NCBI GenBank assembly: GCA_047634015.1
Contig: JBLIDB010000001.1
Location: forward strand, 16,094 to 80,093
Reading direction: 5' to 3'
Length of the DNA stretch: 64,000 bases
Source of the DNA: Saprospiraceae bacterium
Lineage (GTDB): Bacteria > Bacteroidota > Bacteroidia > Chitinophagales > Saprospiraceae
Below the pieces are notes generated by a model that did no database searches, was not told the DNA's origin, and worked only from the letters and a program-made list of their open reading frames with translations. This document shows positions 1-9,854 of this stretch, piece by piece (position 1 is the stretch's first letter; each line of letters starts with the position of its first letter). Made by a program: the position numbers and the translations under genes.

Positions 1-672
1 GTGCTTGATGCACATAAGACTTTGGCCATAGTAGGGAGTACGGGATCTGGGAAGACAACTATTATCAATGTCCTAGCCAGATTCTATGAACTAAGAAATG
101 GGAAAGTCATGATCGATGATCAAGACATCAAAACCATGAACTTGGATTTCTTGCGGAAAAGAATGGCTGTAGTGCTACAAGATGTATTCCTATTTCATGG
201 AACCGTATTTGAGAATATTACACTGCGAGATCCATCAATTTCCTTGGAAGCAGTTCTGGGGGCCTCTAAAATTATCGGTGCTGATAGATATATCCAAGAG
301 ATGTCGGACGGATACGAGCATATTATTACTGAGAGAGGAGGAAACCTGTCTATGGGTCAGCGTCAGTTGATTTCTTTTGTAAGGGCTTTGGTAATAAATC
401 CTGATATTCTAATTCTGGATGAAGCTACTTCATCCATAGATACCGAAACCGAGGAAGTTATTCAGCACGCCATAGAAAAACTGATCGCCAAGCGGAGTTC
501 TATTATCATCGCTCATAGACTCTCTACGATTCGCAATGCTGACTATATTATGGTGATGGATAAAGGAGAAGTTCTTGAATTTGGCAATCATGATACCTTA
601 TTACTCAATGAAGGAGGAAGATATAAGGAGCTTTATGATATGCAGTTTGCCGAAGAAGTCGCAGTAATTTGA
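1..672 (+). CDS. ABC exporter, C-terminal ATP-binding domain (MsbA/ABCB-type); 5' end cut by the window edge
   Basis: The frame is open at base 1. Walker A GSTGSGKTT, ABC signature LSMGQRQ, Walker B ILILDEATS and H-loop IIAHRLST are present. Confidence 0.9.
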   Translation: MLDAHKTLAIVGSTGSGKTTIINVLARFYELRNGKVMIDDQDIKTMNLDFLRKRMAVVLQDVFLFHGTVFENITLRDPSISLEAVLGASKIIGADRYIQEMSDGYEHIITERGGNLSMGQRQLISFVRALVINPDILILDEATSSIDTETEEVIQHAIEKLIAKRSSIIIAHRLSTIRNADYIMVMDKGEVLEFGNHDTLLLNEGGRYKELYDMQFAEEVAVI

Positions 673-754
673 TCCAATTTAGGTCTACATTAATCGAATA
701 AGGAAGCTTAGAAAGCAGAAGTGTCGTAATTTGGTGATATAAAATCAGAAAATT

Positions 755-1204
755 ATGTCTATCGAGCGAATGATAAAAGTAAGTAGAGTGAATCCGCTCT
801 TTTTATTACTTGGCGTAGCAGTATTCTTTGTTGTCTTGTTTTGGCTTGCGAAAGGGATCTTTACCCTATTGTCTTGGGCCTTCCCAGCATTTCTTGTCGG
901 AGCTTTAATCATAAACTATAGGGTTGTATTAGGCTATGTGAAGTGGTTATTCTCTTCTCTTAAGCGTAATCCAGTTTTCGGAATTATAGCAATAGTTCTA
1001 TCCGTGATAGGAATTCCATTCGTTTCTGTTTTCCTATTTATGAGAGCTTTGGCTACTCGAGGAATGGATCAGTCTAGTACGAGTCTTACGAAAATTGGGA
1101 ATTATATTCCTTACGAGGAGGTGGAGGATGACTTTTTAGATTTATCGGAGATAGAAGCCCAAAAGAAATCCATAGATAATGAGTATTCTGATATCTTTAA
1201 ATAA
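755..1204 (+). CDS. Hypothetical small membrane protein
   Basis: 149-aa ORF with about three hydrophobic helices and an acidic C-terminal tail. I recognise no family. Confidence 0.5.
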   Translation: MSIERMIKVSRVNPLFLLLGVAVFFVVLFWLAKGIFTLLSWAFPAFLVGALIINYRVVLGYVKWLFSSLKRNPVFGIIAIVLSVIGIPFVSVFLFMRALATRGMDQSSTSLTKIGNYIPYEEVEDDFLDLSEIEAQKKSIDNEYSDIFK

Positions 1205-1216
1205 GATGTAGTCTTT

Positions 1217-2353
1217 TTGCTGTTACTTATCATTCTAATTATACTCCTTACTATTGTCTATAACTGGCTGTTAATAGATTATTATCGTGAGTGGCGACGT
1301 ACCTGCGCTGAGCAGCTTTTTTTGCATGTAAAAGATCTTCCTTTTTTATCGATTGTAATTGTTAGTCGTAATGAAACTCAGCTTACTTCATGTATTTTAT
1401 CAATAATCAATGGTTCTTATCCAATTGATAGATATGAAATCATTGTCGTTGATGATCATTCTGAAGATGGATCAATTGAAGACGTTACAAATCTCCAAAT
1501 TCAGAATGTCAGCGTAATCCATCTTCACACATGTAATATTCCAGATAATATAATCGCATATAAAAAATATGGACAACAGATAGCCATAGCTAAAGCCAAA
1601 TATGACTGGATCGTAACAACTGATGGGGATTGTCTGTGTCCTAAGGAATGGTTGAAAACTATTGCGTTGTATTCAAAGGGTTATAGCTTGATAACTGGGC
1701 CGATAAAGATGACAGGTTCCTCCAATTGGTTAACACGATTGCAGCAATTCGATGTGATAGGAACGATGATAGGGACTAGTTATGGTATCCACAAGAAATT
1801 TTGGTATAGTGCTAACGCTGCGAATATGGCTTTTGAGAAGCGCTTATATCTTGATTATAAGGAACATGCTATACAAAACAGCTACGCCTCTGGAGATGAT
1901 ATTTTCTTGATTCAATACGCTGCTAAAAGAAATCAGCCGGTTGGATTTGTAAATAAGAAAGCTGCTGTTGTTGAAACTCCAGCAGAAAATACTTGGACTT
2001 CATTTTATAATCAACGCTTGCGATGGGCATCTAAATCCAGTGCCTATGAGGACAGAGGAATGCAAGCTTTAATTTATGCGATAGGGTTTTATAATTTGAC
2101 GCTATTAATTACATTGATTTGGGGAGTATTTAATCTTCAATTAACAGTTCTCATAATAGTACTACTCGCATATTTGAGTAAAAGCATAGCAGAGTATCTT
2201 CTATTTTCAAGCTCTTCGAGTTTCTTTGGATCTGATTATAAATTTCACAATGGGTTGGTATTGTCTGGTCTCTATATTATTTATATTGTGGTAATAGGAT
2301 TCGCTTCAATATTTATTTCCAACTATAACTGGAAAGGAAGAAAGGTGCGCTAA
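1217..2353 (+). CDS. Membrane-bound family 2 glycosyltransferase, processive type
   Basis: D,D,D,QxxRW pattern: VVDDHSEDGS, TTDGDC, SGDDIF, QRLRWA. There are an N-terminal and several C-terminal TM helices. The start is TTG. Confidence 0.75.
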   Translation: MLLLIILIILLTIVYNWLLIDYYREWRRTCAEQLFLHVKDLPFLSIVIVSRNETQLTSCILSIINGSYPIDRYEIIVVDDHSEDGSIEDVTNLQIQNVSVIHLHTCNIPDNIIAYKKYGQQIAIAKAKYDWIVTTDGDCLCPKEWLKTIALYSKGYSLITGPIKMTGSSNWLTRLQQFDVIGTMIGTSYGIHKKFWYSANAANMAFEKRLYLDYKEHAIQNSYASGDDIFLIQYAAKRNQPVGFVNKKAAVVETPAENTWTSFYNQRLRWASKSSAYEDRGMQALIYAIGFYNLTLLITLIWGVFNLQLTVLIIVLLAYLSKSIAEYLLFSSSSSFFGSDYKFHNGLVLSGLYIIYIVVIGFASIFISNYNWKGRKVR

Positions 2354-2511
2354 AAGCTTGTTGTAAATTGGTATTTGAGTCGATTCATGTAGGATTTCAT
2401 TTTAAGCGAGGCGTGATAAGGAGGTATAGCCTTCGTTACGCGACAGAAGATAAACGCTTCACAATAGTGATTTTCGCGCAAGTAAACCAAAGGATCAAAT
2501 TATAACAAGAT

Positions 2512-3267
2512 CTAAGACCGCTCTTCATCGATCAAGCCAATATCTTGGAGTATTTTCATTTGTGGAGCATATGTCAGACTAATATTTTGCTTTGTAAATA
2601 CCTCCTTTGTTTCTCCGTATGTTATTAATCGTTGATTTAATAAAATGACTTTATCAAAATAATCATCAGCAGTACTCAGATCATGATGAACGACTAATAT
2701 GGTTTTCCCAATTGCTGCCATCTCCCTCATGATCTCGATAATTTTATGCTCTGTGAGCATATCCACACCTACAAATGGTTCGTCCATAAAGAATAAATCA
2801 GCACCTTGGCAGATGGCTCTGGCAATGAACACACGCTGCTGTTGACCTCCTGAAAGCGCACCTATCTGGCGATCCGCTAAATCTAATATGTCAAGTTTCT
2901 CCATCGCCTCATCGGCTATTCGATGATCTTCTTTATTCAGTCGCTGGAGAATCTTTTTGTGGGGATACCTACCCATCATAACTATGTCTCGAACCATAGC
3001 AGGGAAATTCCAATCTACGTCGTCCTTCTGAGGTATATAAGCGATGCGCTTCCTTACTTTTTCGACATCTTGGCCGAATACCTGTATGTCTCCAGAGTTT
3101 CTTGGGATGATGCTGAGGATGGATTTAAAGAGTGTTGATTTTCCAGCTCCATTTGGTCCGATAACGCCATAAATAGAACCAGATTCTAGTTCCATATAGA
3201 TGTTACTGAGGACACGTTTGCGATCATAAGAAACTGATAAACCTTTTATTGTAATTACCTTACTCAT
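2512..3267 (-). CDS. Metal (Mn/Zn/Fe-type) ABC transporter ATP-binding protein
   Basis: Walker A GPNGAGKST, signature LSGGQQQR, Walker B FFMDEPFVGVD. It overlaps the upstream binding-protein gene by 4 nt. Confidence 0.85.
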   Translation of the reverse strand: MSKVITIKGLSVSYDRKRVLSNIYMELESGSIYGVIGPNGAGKSTLFKSILSIIPRNSGDIQVFGQDVEKVRKRIAYIPQKDDVDWNFPAMVRDIVMMGRYPHKKILQRLNKEDHRIADEAMEKLDILDLADRQIGALSGGQQQRVFIARAICQGADLFFMDEPFVGVDMLTEHKIIEIMREMAAIGKTILVVHHDLSTADDYFDKVILLNQRLITYGETKEVFTKQNISLTYAPQMKILQDIGLIDEERS

Positions 3268-4268
3268 CGATTTAGTTTAATTACGACAATTGCTGTAATC
3301 GTCAAAAGGAGTCCAAAAATTAGCCCAAGCATTTTCCAATTGGTTCCTGATGGATTAGAATCATGAGTTTGCCCATGATTCTCAATAGAGGCTCCTGAAA
3401 GTGCAGTAACAATTGTCTTTGTATTATATCTCAACATTTCTATATAGGTCGCAGCAGGACTATCTTTATCTCCTAATGAATCCGCGTAAAGACTGCCGCC
3501 TATCTTTACATTGTTATCCGTAGCTAATTGCTGAATCATCTTAGGATTTATCGTGCTCTCAATAAATACGGCAGGCACTTTATTTTCACGAATGACTTTA
3601 TTCACCCTTATTATATCTGCGGTTTGTGCTTCGGCTTCAGTAGAAATTCCCATAATTGCTTCTAATCGAATACCATACCGACGTCCATAATATTGAAAGG
3701 CGTCATGGGATGTTATTAGAATTCGCCTTTTTTCAGGAATCGTACTAATAGCAGATGTGATTTCTTCGTCCAATTTCCGAAGCTCTTTTTCATATTTGGT
3801 GAAATTGGCATTGTATTTACTGGCATTTGCAGGAGATAACTCCACTATAGCATCTCGGATATTTCTGGCATAGATAATACCATTAGAAGCATCCATCCAT
3901 GCATGTGGATCTGTGCTATTTTGATAGACTTGACTACCGAGTACATCTATTCCTTGAGTAACTGTGACCACAGTCCCACCTGTTCCAGAATTGTCGATAA
4001 GTTCATTTATCCACCCTTCAAATGTTAATCCATTGATTAGGATTAGATCGGCATCGGCAACTAAACGAGCATTGCTTGGAGTTGGCTCATGTAAGTGTGG
4101 ATCTCCACCTATAGGGACGATCATTGAGATATCGTGATCAGATCCTATAACCCGCGAAGCGATGTCCTGCAACATAGAAGCAGACGCAACTATCTTTAAT
4201 TTTTCCTGACTTGTAATTGAAAAATTGAAGGACAATATTAGAAAAAGGGTTACAAATATGTTTCTCAT
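3264..4268 (-). CDS. Metal ABC substrate-binding protein (cluster A-I, ZnuA/MntC/TroA family) with a C-terminal TM anchor
   Basis: Motifs DPHLHEPTP, DPHAWMD and SHDAFQYY. It has an N-terminal signal peptide without a lipobox Cys, no His-rich loop, and a hydrophobic C-terminal helix LGLIFGLLLTITAIVVI. Confidence 0.85.
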   Translation of the reverse strand: MRNIFVTLFLILSFNFSITSQEKLKIVASASMLQDIASRVIGSDHDISMIVPIGGDPHLHEPTPSNARLVADADLILINGLTFEGWINELIDNSGTGGTVVTVTQGIDVLGSQVYQNSTDPHAWMDASNGIIYARNIRDAIVELSPANASKYNANFTKYEKELRKLDEEITSAISTIPEKRRILITSHDAFQYYGRRYGIRLEAIMGISTEAEAQTADIIRVNKVIRENKVPAVFIESTINPKMIQQLATDNNVKIGGSLYADSLGDKDSPAATYIEMLRYNTKTIVTALSGASIENHGQTHDSNPSGTNWKMLGLIFGLLLTITAIVVIKLNR

Positions 4269-4927
4269 TATGAATTTTTAATAAATAAGTTTGAAGCAAT
4301 TTGATTGGAGAGCGTAATCGGGCCACTTTGATCAATAGATACCGAGAGAGAAGCGTCATACTCTTCTTTACTTAGAATATGAATCTCACATCCGAGGTAG
4401 ATATTGAGTTTATTAAGATGTTTTAAAAAATCCTTTTGATTATTTTTAACACCTACCAGAATTACTTTTGTTTCTACGGTTGCTCTACTTAGAAGTAATT
4501 GTTCTCTTAATGTAAATCTACCTTCTGCATTAGGTATAGGGTCTCCATGAGGATCATATTTTGGAAATCTTAAGTATTTGTTCAATTTATCAACGAGCAT
4601 ATCTGATTGCACATGCTCTAATTGTTCAGCAATATCATGCACCTCTTCCCATGAGAATCCCAATTTGGTTACCAAAAAAGTTTCCCAAAGTCTGTGCTTA
4701 CGCACTAATTCAGTAGCGATTCTTGCTCCTTGACTACTCAATCGTACTCCTTTATAAGGCTCATAGTGAAGCAAATCTTTGGCTGATAATTTTTTGATCA
4801 TATCAGTTACCGAGGCGGCTGAAGTCTGAACAATATTGGCTATTGCATTGGTGCTAACTTGTTCGGGACTATGCTCATTAATCTTAAAGATCGCTTTGAG
4901 ATAGTTTTCTTCTGTCTGAGTAAGCAT
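4268..4927 (-). CDS. DtxR/MntR-family metal-dependent transcriptional repressor with a C-terminal FeoA/SH3-like domain
   Basis: N-terminus TEENYLKAIF...VSTNAIANIVQTSAASVTDMIKKL (wHTH) and dimerisation region HRLWETFL. It is 219 aa long and is the first gene of the metal-uptake operon. Confidence 0.85.
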   Translation of the reverse strand: MLTQTEENYLKAIFKINEHSPEQVSTNAIANIVQTSAASVTDMIKKLSAKDLLHYEPYKGVRLSSQGARIATELVRKHRLWETFLVTKLGFSWEEVHDIAEQLEHVQSDMLVDKLNKYLRFPKYDPHGDPIPNAEGRFTLREQLLLSRATVETKVILVGVKNNQKDFLKHLNKLNIYLGCEIHILSKEEYDASLSVSIDQSGPITLSNQIASNLFIKNS

Positions 4928-4943
4928 AAACTAAATTATAAGA

Positions 4944-4951
4944 CAAAAATA
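4944..4951 (-). promoter_or_regulatory. Bacteroidota -7 promoter box (TATTTTTG on the minus strand) for the mntR-like operon
   Basis: Matches TAnnTTTG. There are 16 nt between the box and the ATG at 4927. Confidence 0.5.
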
Positions 4952-4952
4952 G

Positions 4953-4976
4953 TATTTTTAGATTAATCTAAAAATA
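4953..4976. promoter_or_regulatory. Perfect 24-bp palindrome, candidate DtxR/MntR operator
   Basis: TATTTTTAGATT/AATCTAAAAATA is a perfect inverted repeat. The core TTAGATTAATCTAA resembles the arms of the DtxR box TTAGGTTAGCCTAACCTAA. It sits immediately upstream of the -7 box of the repressor's own operon. Confidence 0.55.
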
Positions 4977-5058
4977 TAAAGATGGCAGCTCTAAAAAAAT
5001 ACTTGGATATTGCAATTTTGATGATATCATAGGAGTGTGTCAAATTCCAAACAATCCT

Positions 5059-5066
5059 TACATTTG
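5059..5066 (+). promoter_or_regulatory. Bacteroidota -7 promoter box (TACATTTG) for hppA
   Basis: Matches TAnnTTTG. There are 51 nt between the box and the ATG at 5118. Confidence 0.5.
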
Positions 5067-5117
5067 TGGGCTATTTAGACATATAACAATTTTTCATATT
5101 AATAATAATTACTTCTG

Positions 5118-7304
5118 ATGACGCAAAATATTATGTACCTGATCCCTGTATTGGGTGTAATCTCTCTCCTGTTTACCTTTTGGAAATCTTCATGGGTAAG
5201 TAAGCAAGAAGTGGGTTCTGATAAGATGGCAAGAATTGCCAAGAATATATCTGATGGCGCTATGGCCTTTCTTAAGGCAGAATATAAGGTTCTTTCCATA
5301 TTTGTTATCGTTGTAACTGCTTTGATGGCTTGGAGTGGGATGAGTGATGGATCTTCACCTTTGGTAGCTTTATCATTTATTCTTGGAGCTTTTTGTTCAG
5401 CATTAGCTGGTTTTATCGGAATGAAGGTTGCAACAAAAGCGAACGTAAGAACGACACACGCTGCGAGAACAAGTTTGGGTAGGGCCCTTGAAGTTGCATT
5501 TGCTGGTGGCGCTGTAATGGGTATGGGGGTTGTAGGCCTTGGTGTTTTAGGTTTAGGGACTTTGTTTCTTATCTACACTAACATGGGCTGGGAACCAAGC
5601 AAAGTGATCACAGTGATTACTGGTTTCTCATTCGGAGCATCATCTATTGCGCTTTTTGCAAGAGTAGGTGGAGGAATATATACGAAAGCTGCAGATGTCG
5701 GAGCTGACCTTGTAGGAAAAGTAGAAGCAGGTATTCCTGAAGATCACCCTTTGAATCCAGCAACGATTGCAGATAATGTAGGGGACAACGTAGGAGACGT
5801 AGCAGGTATGGGTGCAGATTTATTTGAATCTTATGTTGGTTCTATAATCGGTACTATGGTATTAGGAGCGGCGTTTATTGGCTTAGGTGGTTATGAAGCA
5901 TCGAATGAGTTTGATGGTTTGAATGCAGTTTTATTACCATTAGTTTTAGCGGGATTAGGAATCATTACTTCAATCATCGGTACATTCTTCGTAAAGGTGA
6001 AAGATGGGGGAAATCCTCAGACGGCCTTGAATATGGGAGAGTATATCTCTATGGCGATCATGTTGGTAGCAACATTCTTCATTGTACAATGGATGCTTCC
6101 AGCTTCATGGACATTAGCTAATGGAATGACTTATACTAGTTTAGGTGTTTTCTATGCAGTATTATTTGGTCTTGCGGCTGGATTTGGTATCGGAATGATA
6201 ACTGAGTATTATACAGGAACAGGATCGAAACCTGTACAGTCTATCGTAGATCAGTCTGTTACTGGAGCTGCGACCAACATTATTGCTGGATTAGGAGTAG
6301 GAATGCAATCAACAGCGATTCCTATTTTAATCTTAGCTGCAGCAATTATAGGTGCACATCACTTTGCAGGCTTATATGGTATTGCGATTGCGGCAGTAGG
6401 AATGTTATCTAATACAGGGATTCAATTGGCGGTTGATGCATATGGTCCGATAGCGGATAATGCTGGTGGTATTGCGGAGATGGCGGAATTGCCAAAGGAA
6501 GTAAGACAACGTACAGATAAGTTAGATGCAGTCGGAAATACGACAGCGGCAATAGGTAAAGGATTTGCTATTGGCTCTGCAGCATTGACGACATTGGCAT
6601 TGTTTGCAGCATTTATTACTGCTTACAATATGGCACACCCAGAGACACAACTTGATGGAATAAACATCATGAATCCTAAGGTAATGGCAGCATTGCTTGT
6701 CGGTGGAATGCTACCATTCTTGTTCTCAGCATTATCTATGAATGCTGTAGGCAGAGCTGCAATGGATATGATTCAAGAAGTAAGAAGACAATTCAAAACA
6801 ATTCCTGAATTGACTAAAGCATTAGCCGTTATGAAGAAGAATGATGGTAAAGAAATGGAAGATTGGTCTAAAGAAGATCGGGCAATATTTGATGCTGCAG
6901 ATGGGAAGGCGGAATACGACAAGTGTGTAGAAATCTCAACAAATGCATCTATTAGGGAGATGGTAGTGCCAGGATTACTTGCTATTATTTCTCCAGTAGT
7001 TGTTGGATTCTTAGGAGGAGCTGAAATGTTAGGAGGATTATTGGCGGGTGTAACCGTATGTGGAGTTATGATGGCTATCTTCCAGTCTAATGCTGGTGGT
7101 GCTTGGGATAATGCCAAGAAGATGTTTGAAGAAGGTGTAAAGATCAAAGGAGAGATGTATTACAAGGGATCAGAAGCGCACAAAGCAACAGTAGTGGGTG
7201 ATACAGTGGGAGATCCATTCAAAGATACTTCTGGTCCTTCATTGAATATTTTATTGAAATTAATGACAGTTGTGGCGTTGGTAATCGCTCCTTTTTTAGG
7301 CTAA
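5118..7304 (+). CDS. hppA: Membrane-integral cation-translocating pyrophosphatase, K+-dependent subtype
   Basis: 728 aa with about 16 TM helices. Motifs [29 protein letters not shown] and [24 protein letters not shown] has Ala rather than Lys at the K+-dependence position. Confidence 0.95.
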   Translation: MTQNIMYLIPVLGVISLLFTFWKSSWVSKQEVGSDKMARIAKNISDGAMAFLKAEYKVLSIFVIVVTALMAWSGMSDGSSPLVALSFILGAFCSALAGFIGMKVATKANVRTTHAARTSLGRALEVAFAGGAVMGMGVVGLGVLGLGTLFLIYTNMGWEPSKVITVITGFSFGASSIALFARVGGGIYTKAADVGADLVGKVEAGIPEDHPLNPATIADNVGDNVGDVAGMGADLFESYVGSIIGTMVLGAAFIGLGGYEASNEFDGLNAVLLPLVLAGLGIITSIIGTFFVKVKDGGNPQTALNMGEYISMAIMLVATFFIVQWMLPASWTLANGMTYTSLGVFYAVLFGLAAGFGIGMITEYYTGTGSKPVQSIVDQSVTGAATNIIAGLGVGMQSTAIPILILAAAIIGAHHFAGLYGIAIAAVGMLSNTGIQLAVDAYGPIADNAGGIAEMAELPKEVRQRTDKLDAVGNTTAAIGKGFAIGSAALTTLALFAAFITAYNMAHPETQLDGINIMNPKVMAALLVGGMLPFLFSALSMNAVGRAAMDMIQEVRRQFKTIPELTKALAVMKKNDGKEMEDWSKEDRAIFDAADGKAEYDKCVEISTNASIREMVVPGLLAIISPVVVGFLGGAEMLGGLLAGVTVCGVMMAIFQSNAGGAWDNAKKMFEEGVKIKGEMYYKGSEAHKATVVGDTVGDPFKDTSGPSLNILLKLMTVVALVIAPFLG

Positions 7305-7381
7305 GAACAACAACCATATATCATACGAAATCACTCAAAAAGAGTGAAGGAATCCATTTTTTTGTTATTCATTCGTTAATT

Positions 7382-7416
7382 AAAAGTGCTCATCGACAAC
7401 CGATGGGCACTTTTGG
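7382..7416 (+). terminator. Rho-independent terminator after hppA
   Basis: 10-bp stem GTGCTCATCG/CGATGGGCAC with one G-U pair, loop ACAAC, followed by TTTT. Confidence 0.6.
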
Positions 7417-7498
7417 TATTATATCTGTATATTAATACTTGAATCGATAGAAAGATCGATTTGTAAACTTCAACTTTTTGAGCACAAAAAAATCCAAT

Positions 7499-9769
7499 AT
7501 GATTAGGTTATTGATTCTTACCCTTGTGGGAGGGTTTAGTTTTGCTTTTGGAGGATTCCTTGGGACTGACACCGAGAATGCCTCTGCTGACAATGCTGAA
7601 ATAAACATTAAGAAGGAAGGAACTTTCCTTGATAAGTTCAAAGATATATTCTCAAGTAGTAAAGGTGATCCGACAGACCCTGAGCGCGACAAGGTGATTC
7701 AGAAGACTGTATTGACAGTATTGGAACAAGTACATTTTGATCCAGTTGAGCTCACTGATGAGTTTTCAAGCGAGGTCTTTGATGATTTTCTTGGTGCTAT
7801 AGATGGTAGGAAGCGATTCTTAACAAAAGAAGACATCGCAACTCTTGAAGTATATAGAGATCAATTGGATGATCAAGCCAATCAGGGGTCTTTAGAGTTT
7901 TTTGACTTGGCCATTGGTATCTTGGAAGAAAGAATAGAAGAATCCAAGACTATATGTAAGGAGGTCTTAGCTTCTCCATTTGACTTCAAAGCCGAAGAAA
8001 TACATGAATTTGACCCTGACAAGAAGGATTATCCCGCAAATGCTGAAGCGAGAAAAGAGGTCTGGAGAAAGATGTTAAAGTATGATGCTCTTGATGAATT
8101 AGAGGGGGCGCTCACAAAGCAGGAAAAAGACCTAAAATCCGAAGATCAAGAGGTAGTAGATAATGCTAAAGAAGAAAAGAAGACTCTTGTCGAAATGGAA
8201 ACTGCTGCCAGAGAGGCCGTAGGTGAGACATTTACAGAATGGTTTAAGAACATCGGAAAAGTCAAAAGATCAGATCGATACGAAGCATATATCAATGCTT
8301 TTACGCACATTTTTGACCCGCATTCGGATTATTTTAACCCAAAAGAAAAGCAGGATTTCGATATCAGCATGGGTGGAAAACTTGAAGGTATAGGTGCTAG
8401 ACTCAGAACGGAAGGAGATCTTACTCAAGTCGTATCTATCGTGCCAGGCGGCCCAGTATGGAAGAATAAAGAAATAGAGGTAAATGACTATATACTTGCT
8501 GTGACTCAGAAGGAAGAAGAAGCAGTAGATGTATTTGGGATGCGTATAGATGATGTAGTCTCTATGATTAGAGGAGATAAAGGCACTTTTGTAACATTGA
8601 AAATCCAGAAGAAAGACGGTAGCTCAAAGGATGTAGAGCTCGAAAGAGATGTTGTTAACATCGAAGATTCATTTGCTAAATCAGCGATCCTTGATCTCCC
8701 AGGAACTGTAGATGAAGTAGGTTATATTCATTTGCCAAAGTTTTATAGTTCTTTTGACGGGCCTGAAGGCAATAGCTGTGCTGTTGACGTAGGAGAGGAA
8801 ATAGAAAAGCTTAAAAAGAACAATGTCAATGGAATAATACTCGATCTTAGAAGCAATGGGGGAGGATCCCTACCAGATGTAGTGGATATGACAGGACTCT
8901 TTATAGAAGATGGTCCTATTGTTCAGGTGAAACCTAGAGGACGTGCACCATTCATATATAATGATAAAGACGAAGAAGTAAAATATGATGGACCTCTTAT
9001 TGTGCTTATAAATTCATTTAGTGCTTCTGCTTCTGAAATTCTGGCAGCAGCGCTACAGGATTATGATAGAGCGCTTATCGTAGGGACTCAATCTTATGGT
9101 AAAGGTACTGTACAGAGATTCATAGATCTCGACCGAGCAGTGAGAGGAAATAGTGAGTTCAAGCCATTGGGAGCATTGAAGATTACAATGCAGAAATTCT
9201 ATAGGATAGATGGAGGATCTACTCAGCTTAGAGGTGTAACCCCTGATATCAATCTTCCAGATCGCTATTCTTTGATAGATGTCGGAGAGCGAGAATATCC
9301 GCATGCGATGGCGTGGTCTGAATTATCAGCTTTAGAGTTTGATCAGGATGTATATAAAATCAACAATAAGGAATATTTCAAAAATATCAGTGAGCAGAGA
9401 ATTGCCCAAAGTGATCAATTTGCTTTAATCAACGAGCAAGCCAAGTGGTATAAGGAGAATAGAGATAAAACGTCTTATTCTCTTAATCTTGATAATCACA
9501 GAGCATTCTTGGAAGCGAAGGAAGAAGAATCGGAGAAGTTTTCTGTTATTATGTCAGAGAATATTGAAGGACTCGTTATAAAAAATCTTCCTGAGGATGA
9601 AGAATCGATTGCATTCGATGAGACAACTCAAGCGCGAAATGAAAGCTGGATAAAAGCACGAAATAAGGATATATATCTGGCTGAAGCGCTTGCGATAATG
9701 AGGGATGTTATTAACGGTAAAGCTTACACCAGTATAAGAAAAGATGAGATTGAAAAAACCAATCCATAG
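7499..9769 (+). CDS. Carboxy-terminal processing (tail-specific) protease, peptidase S41
   Basis: PDZ region, catalytic-Ser context FSASASEILA and Lys context GKGTVQ. The signal/anchor is MIRLLILTLVGGFSFAF. I chose the ATG at 7499 over the TTG at 7478. Confidence 0.9.
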   Translation: MIRLLILTLVGGFSFAFGGFLGTDTENASADNAEINIKKEGTFLDKFKDIFSSSKGDPTDPERDKVIQKTVLTVLEQVHFDPVELTDEFSSEVFDDFLGAIDGRKRFLTKEDIATLEVYRDQLDDQANQGSLEFFDLAIGILEERIEESKTICKEVLASPFDFKAEEIHEFDPDKKDYPANAEARKEVWRKMLKYDALDELEGALTKQEKDLKSEDQEVVDNAKEEKKTLVEMETAAREAVGETFTEWFKNIGKVKRSDRYEAYINAFTHIFDPHSDYFNPKEKQDFDISMGGKLEGIGARLRTEGDLTQVVSIVPGGPVWKNKEIEVNDYILAVTQKEEEAVDVFGMRIDDVVSMIRGDKGTFVTLKIQKKDGSSKDVELERDVVNIEDSFAKSAILDLPGTVDEVGYIHLPKFYSSFDGPEGNSCAVDVGEEIEKLKKNNVNGIILDLRSNGGGSLPDVVDMTGLFIEDGPIVQVKPRGRAPFIYNDKDEEVKYDGPLIVLINSFSASASEILAAALQDYDRALIVGTQSYGKGTVQRFIDLDRAVRGNSEFKPLGALKITMQKFYRIDGGSTQLRGVTPDINLPDRYSLIDVGEREYPHAMAWSELSALEFDQDVYKINNKEYFKNISEQRIAQSDQFALINEQAKWYKENRDKTSYSLNLDNHRAFLEAKEEESEKFSVIMSENIEGLVIKNLPEDEESIAFDETTQARNESWIKARNKDIYLAEALAIMRDVINGKAYTSIRKDEIEKTNP

Positions 9770-9803
9770 ATATAGACTGAGAAATTAATAAAGATTGACA
9801 TAC

Positions 9804-9842
9804 TAAAAGCCCGATAATCGTTGATATTGTCGGGCTTTTTTG
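9804..9842 (+). terminator. Rho-independent terminator after the S41 protease gene
   Basis: 11-bp stem AGCCCGATAAT/ATTGTCGGGCT with one G-U pair, 7-nt loop, then a T run. Confidence 0.7.
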
Positions 9843-9854
9843 ATCTTTACGGTG

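Noticed and set aside
2411-2441. Imperfect hairpin (GCGTGATAAGG...CCTTCGTTACGC) downstream of the metal ABC ATPase gene.
   Set aside because: It has a bulge and several G-U pairs, and no U run follows on the minus strand, so it is not convincing as a terminator.
6773-7147. 124-aa antisense ORF inside hppA. Similar antisense or out-of-frame ORFs in the track include 182-370, 2923-3138, 28653-29945 (several), 33877-34736 (several), 57396-58120 (several) and 61114-61299.
   Set aside because: Each lies wholly within a strongly supported gene on the other strand or in another frame. They have low-complexity or Ser/Pro/Ile-rich composition and no recognisable motifs, so they are shadow ORFs.
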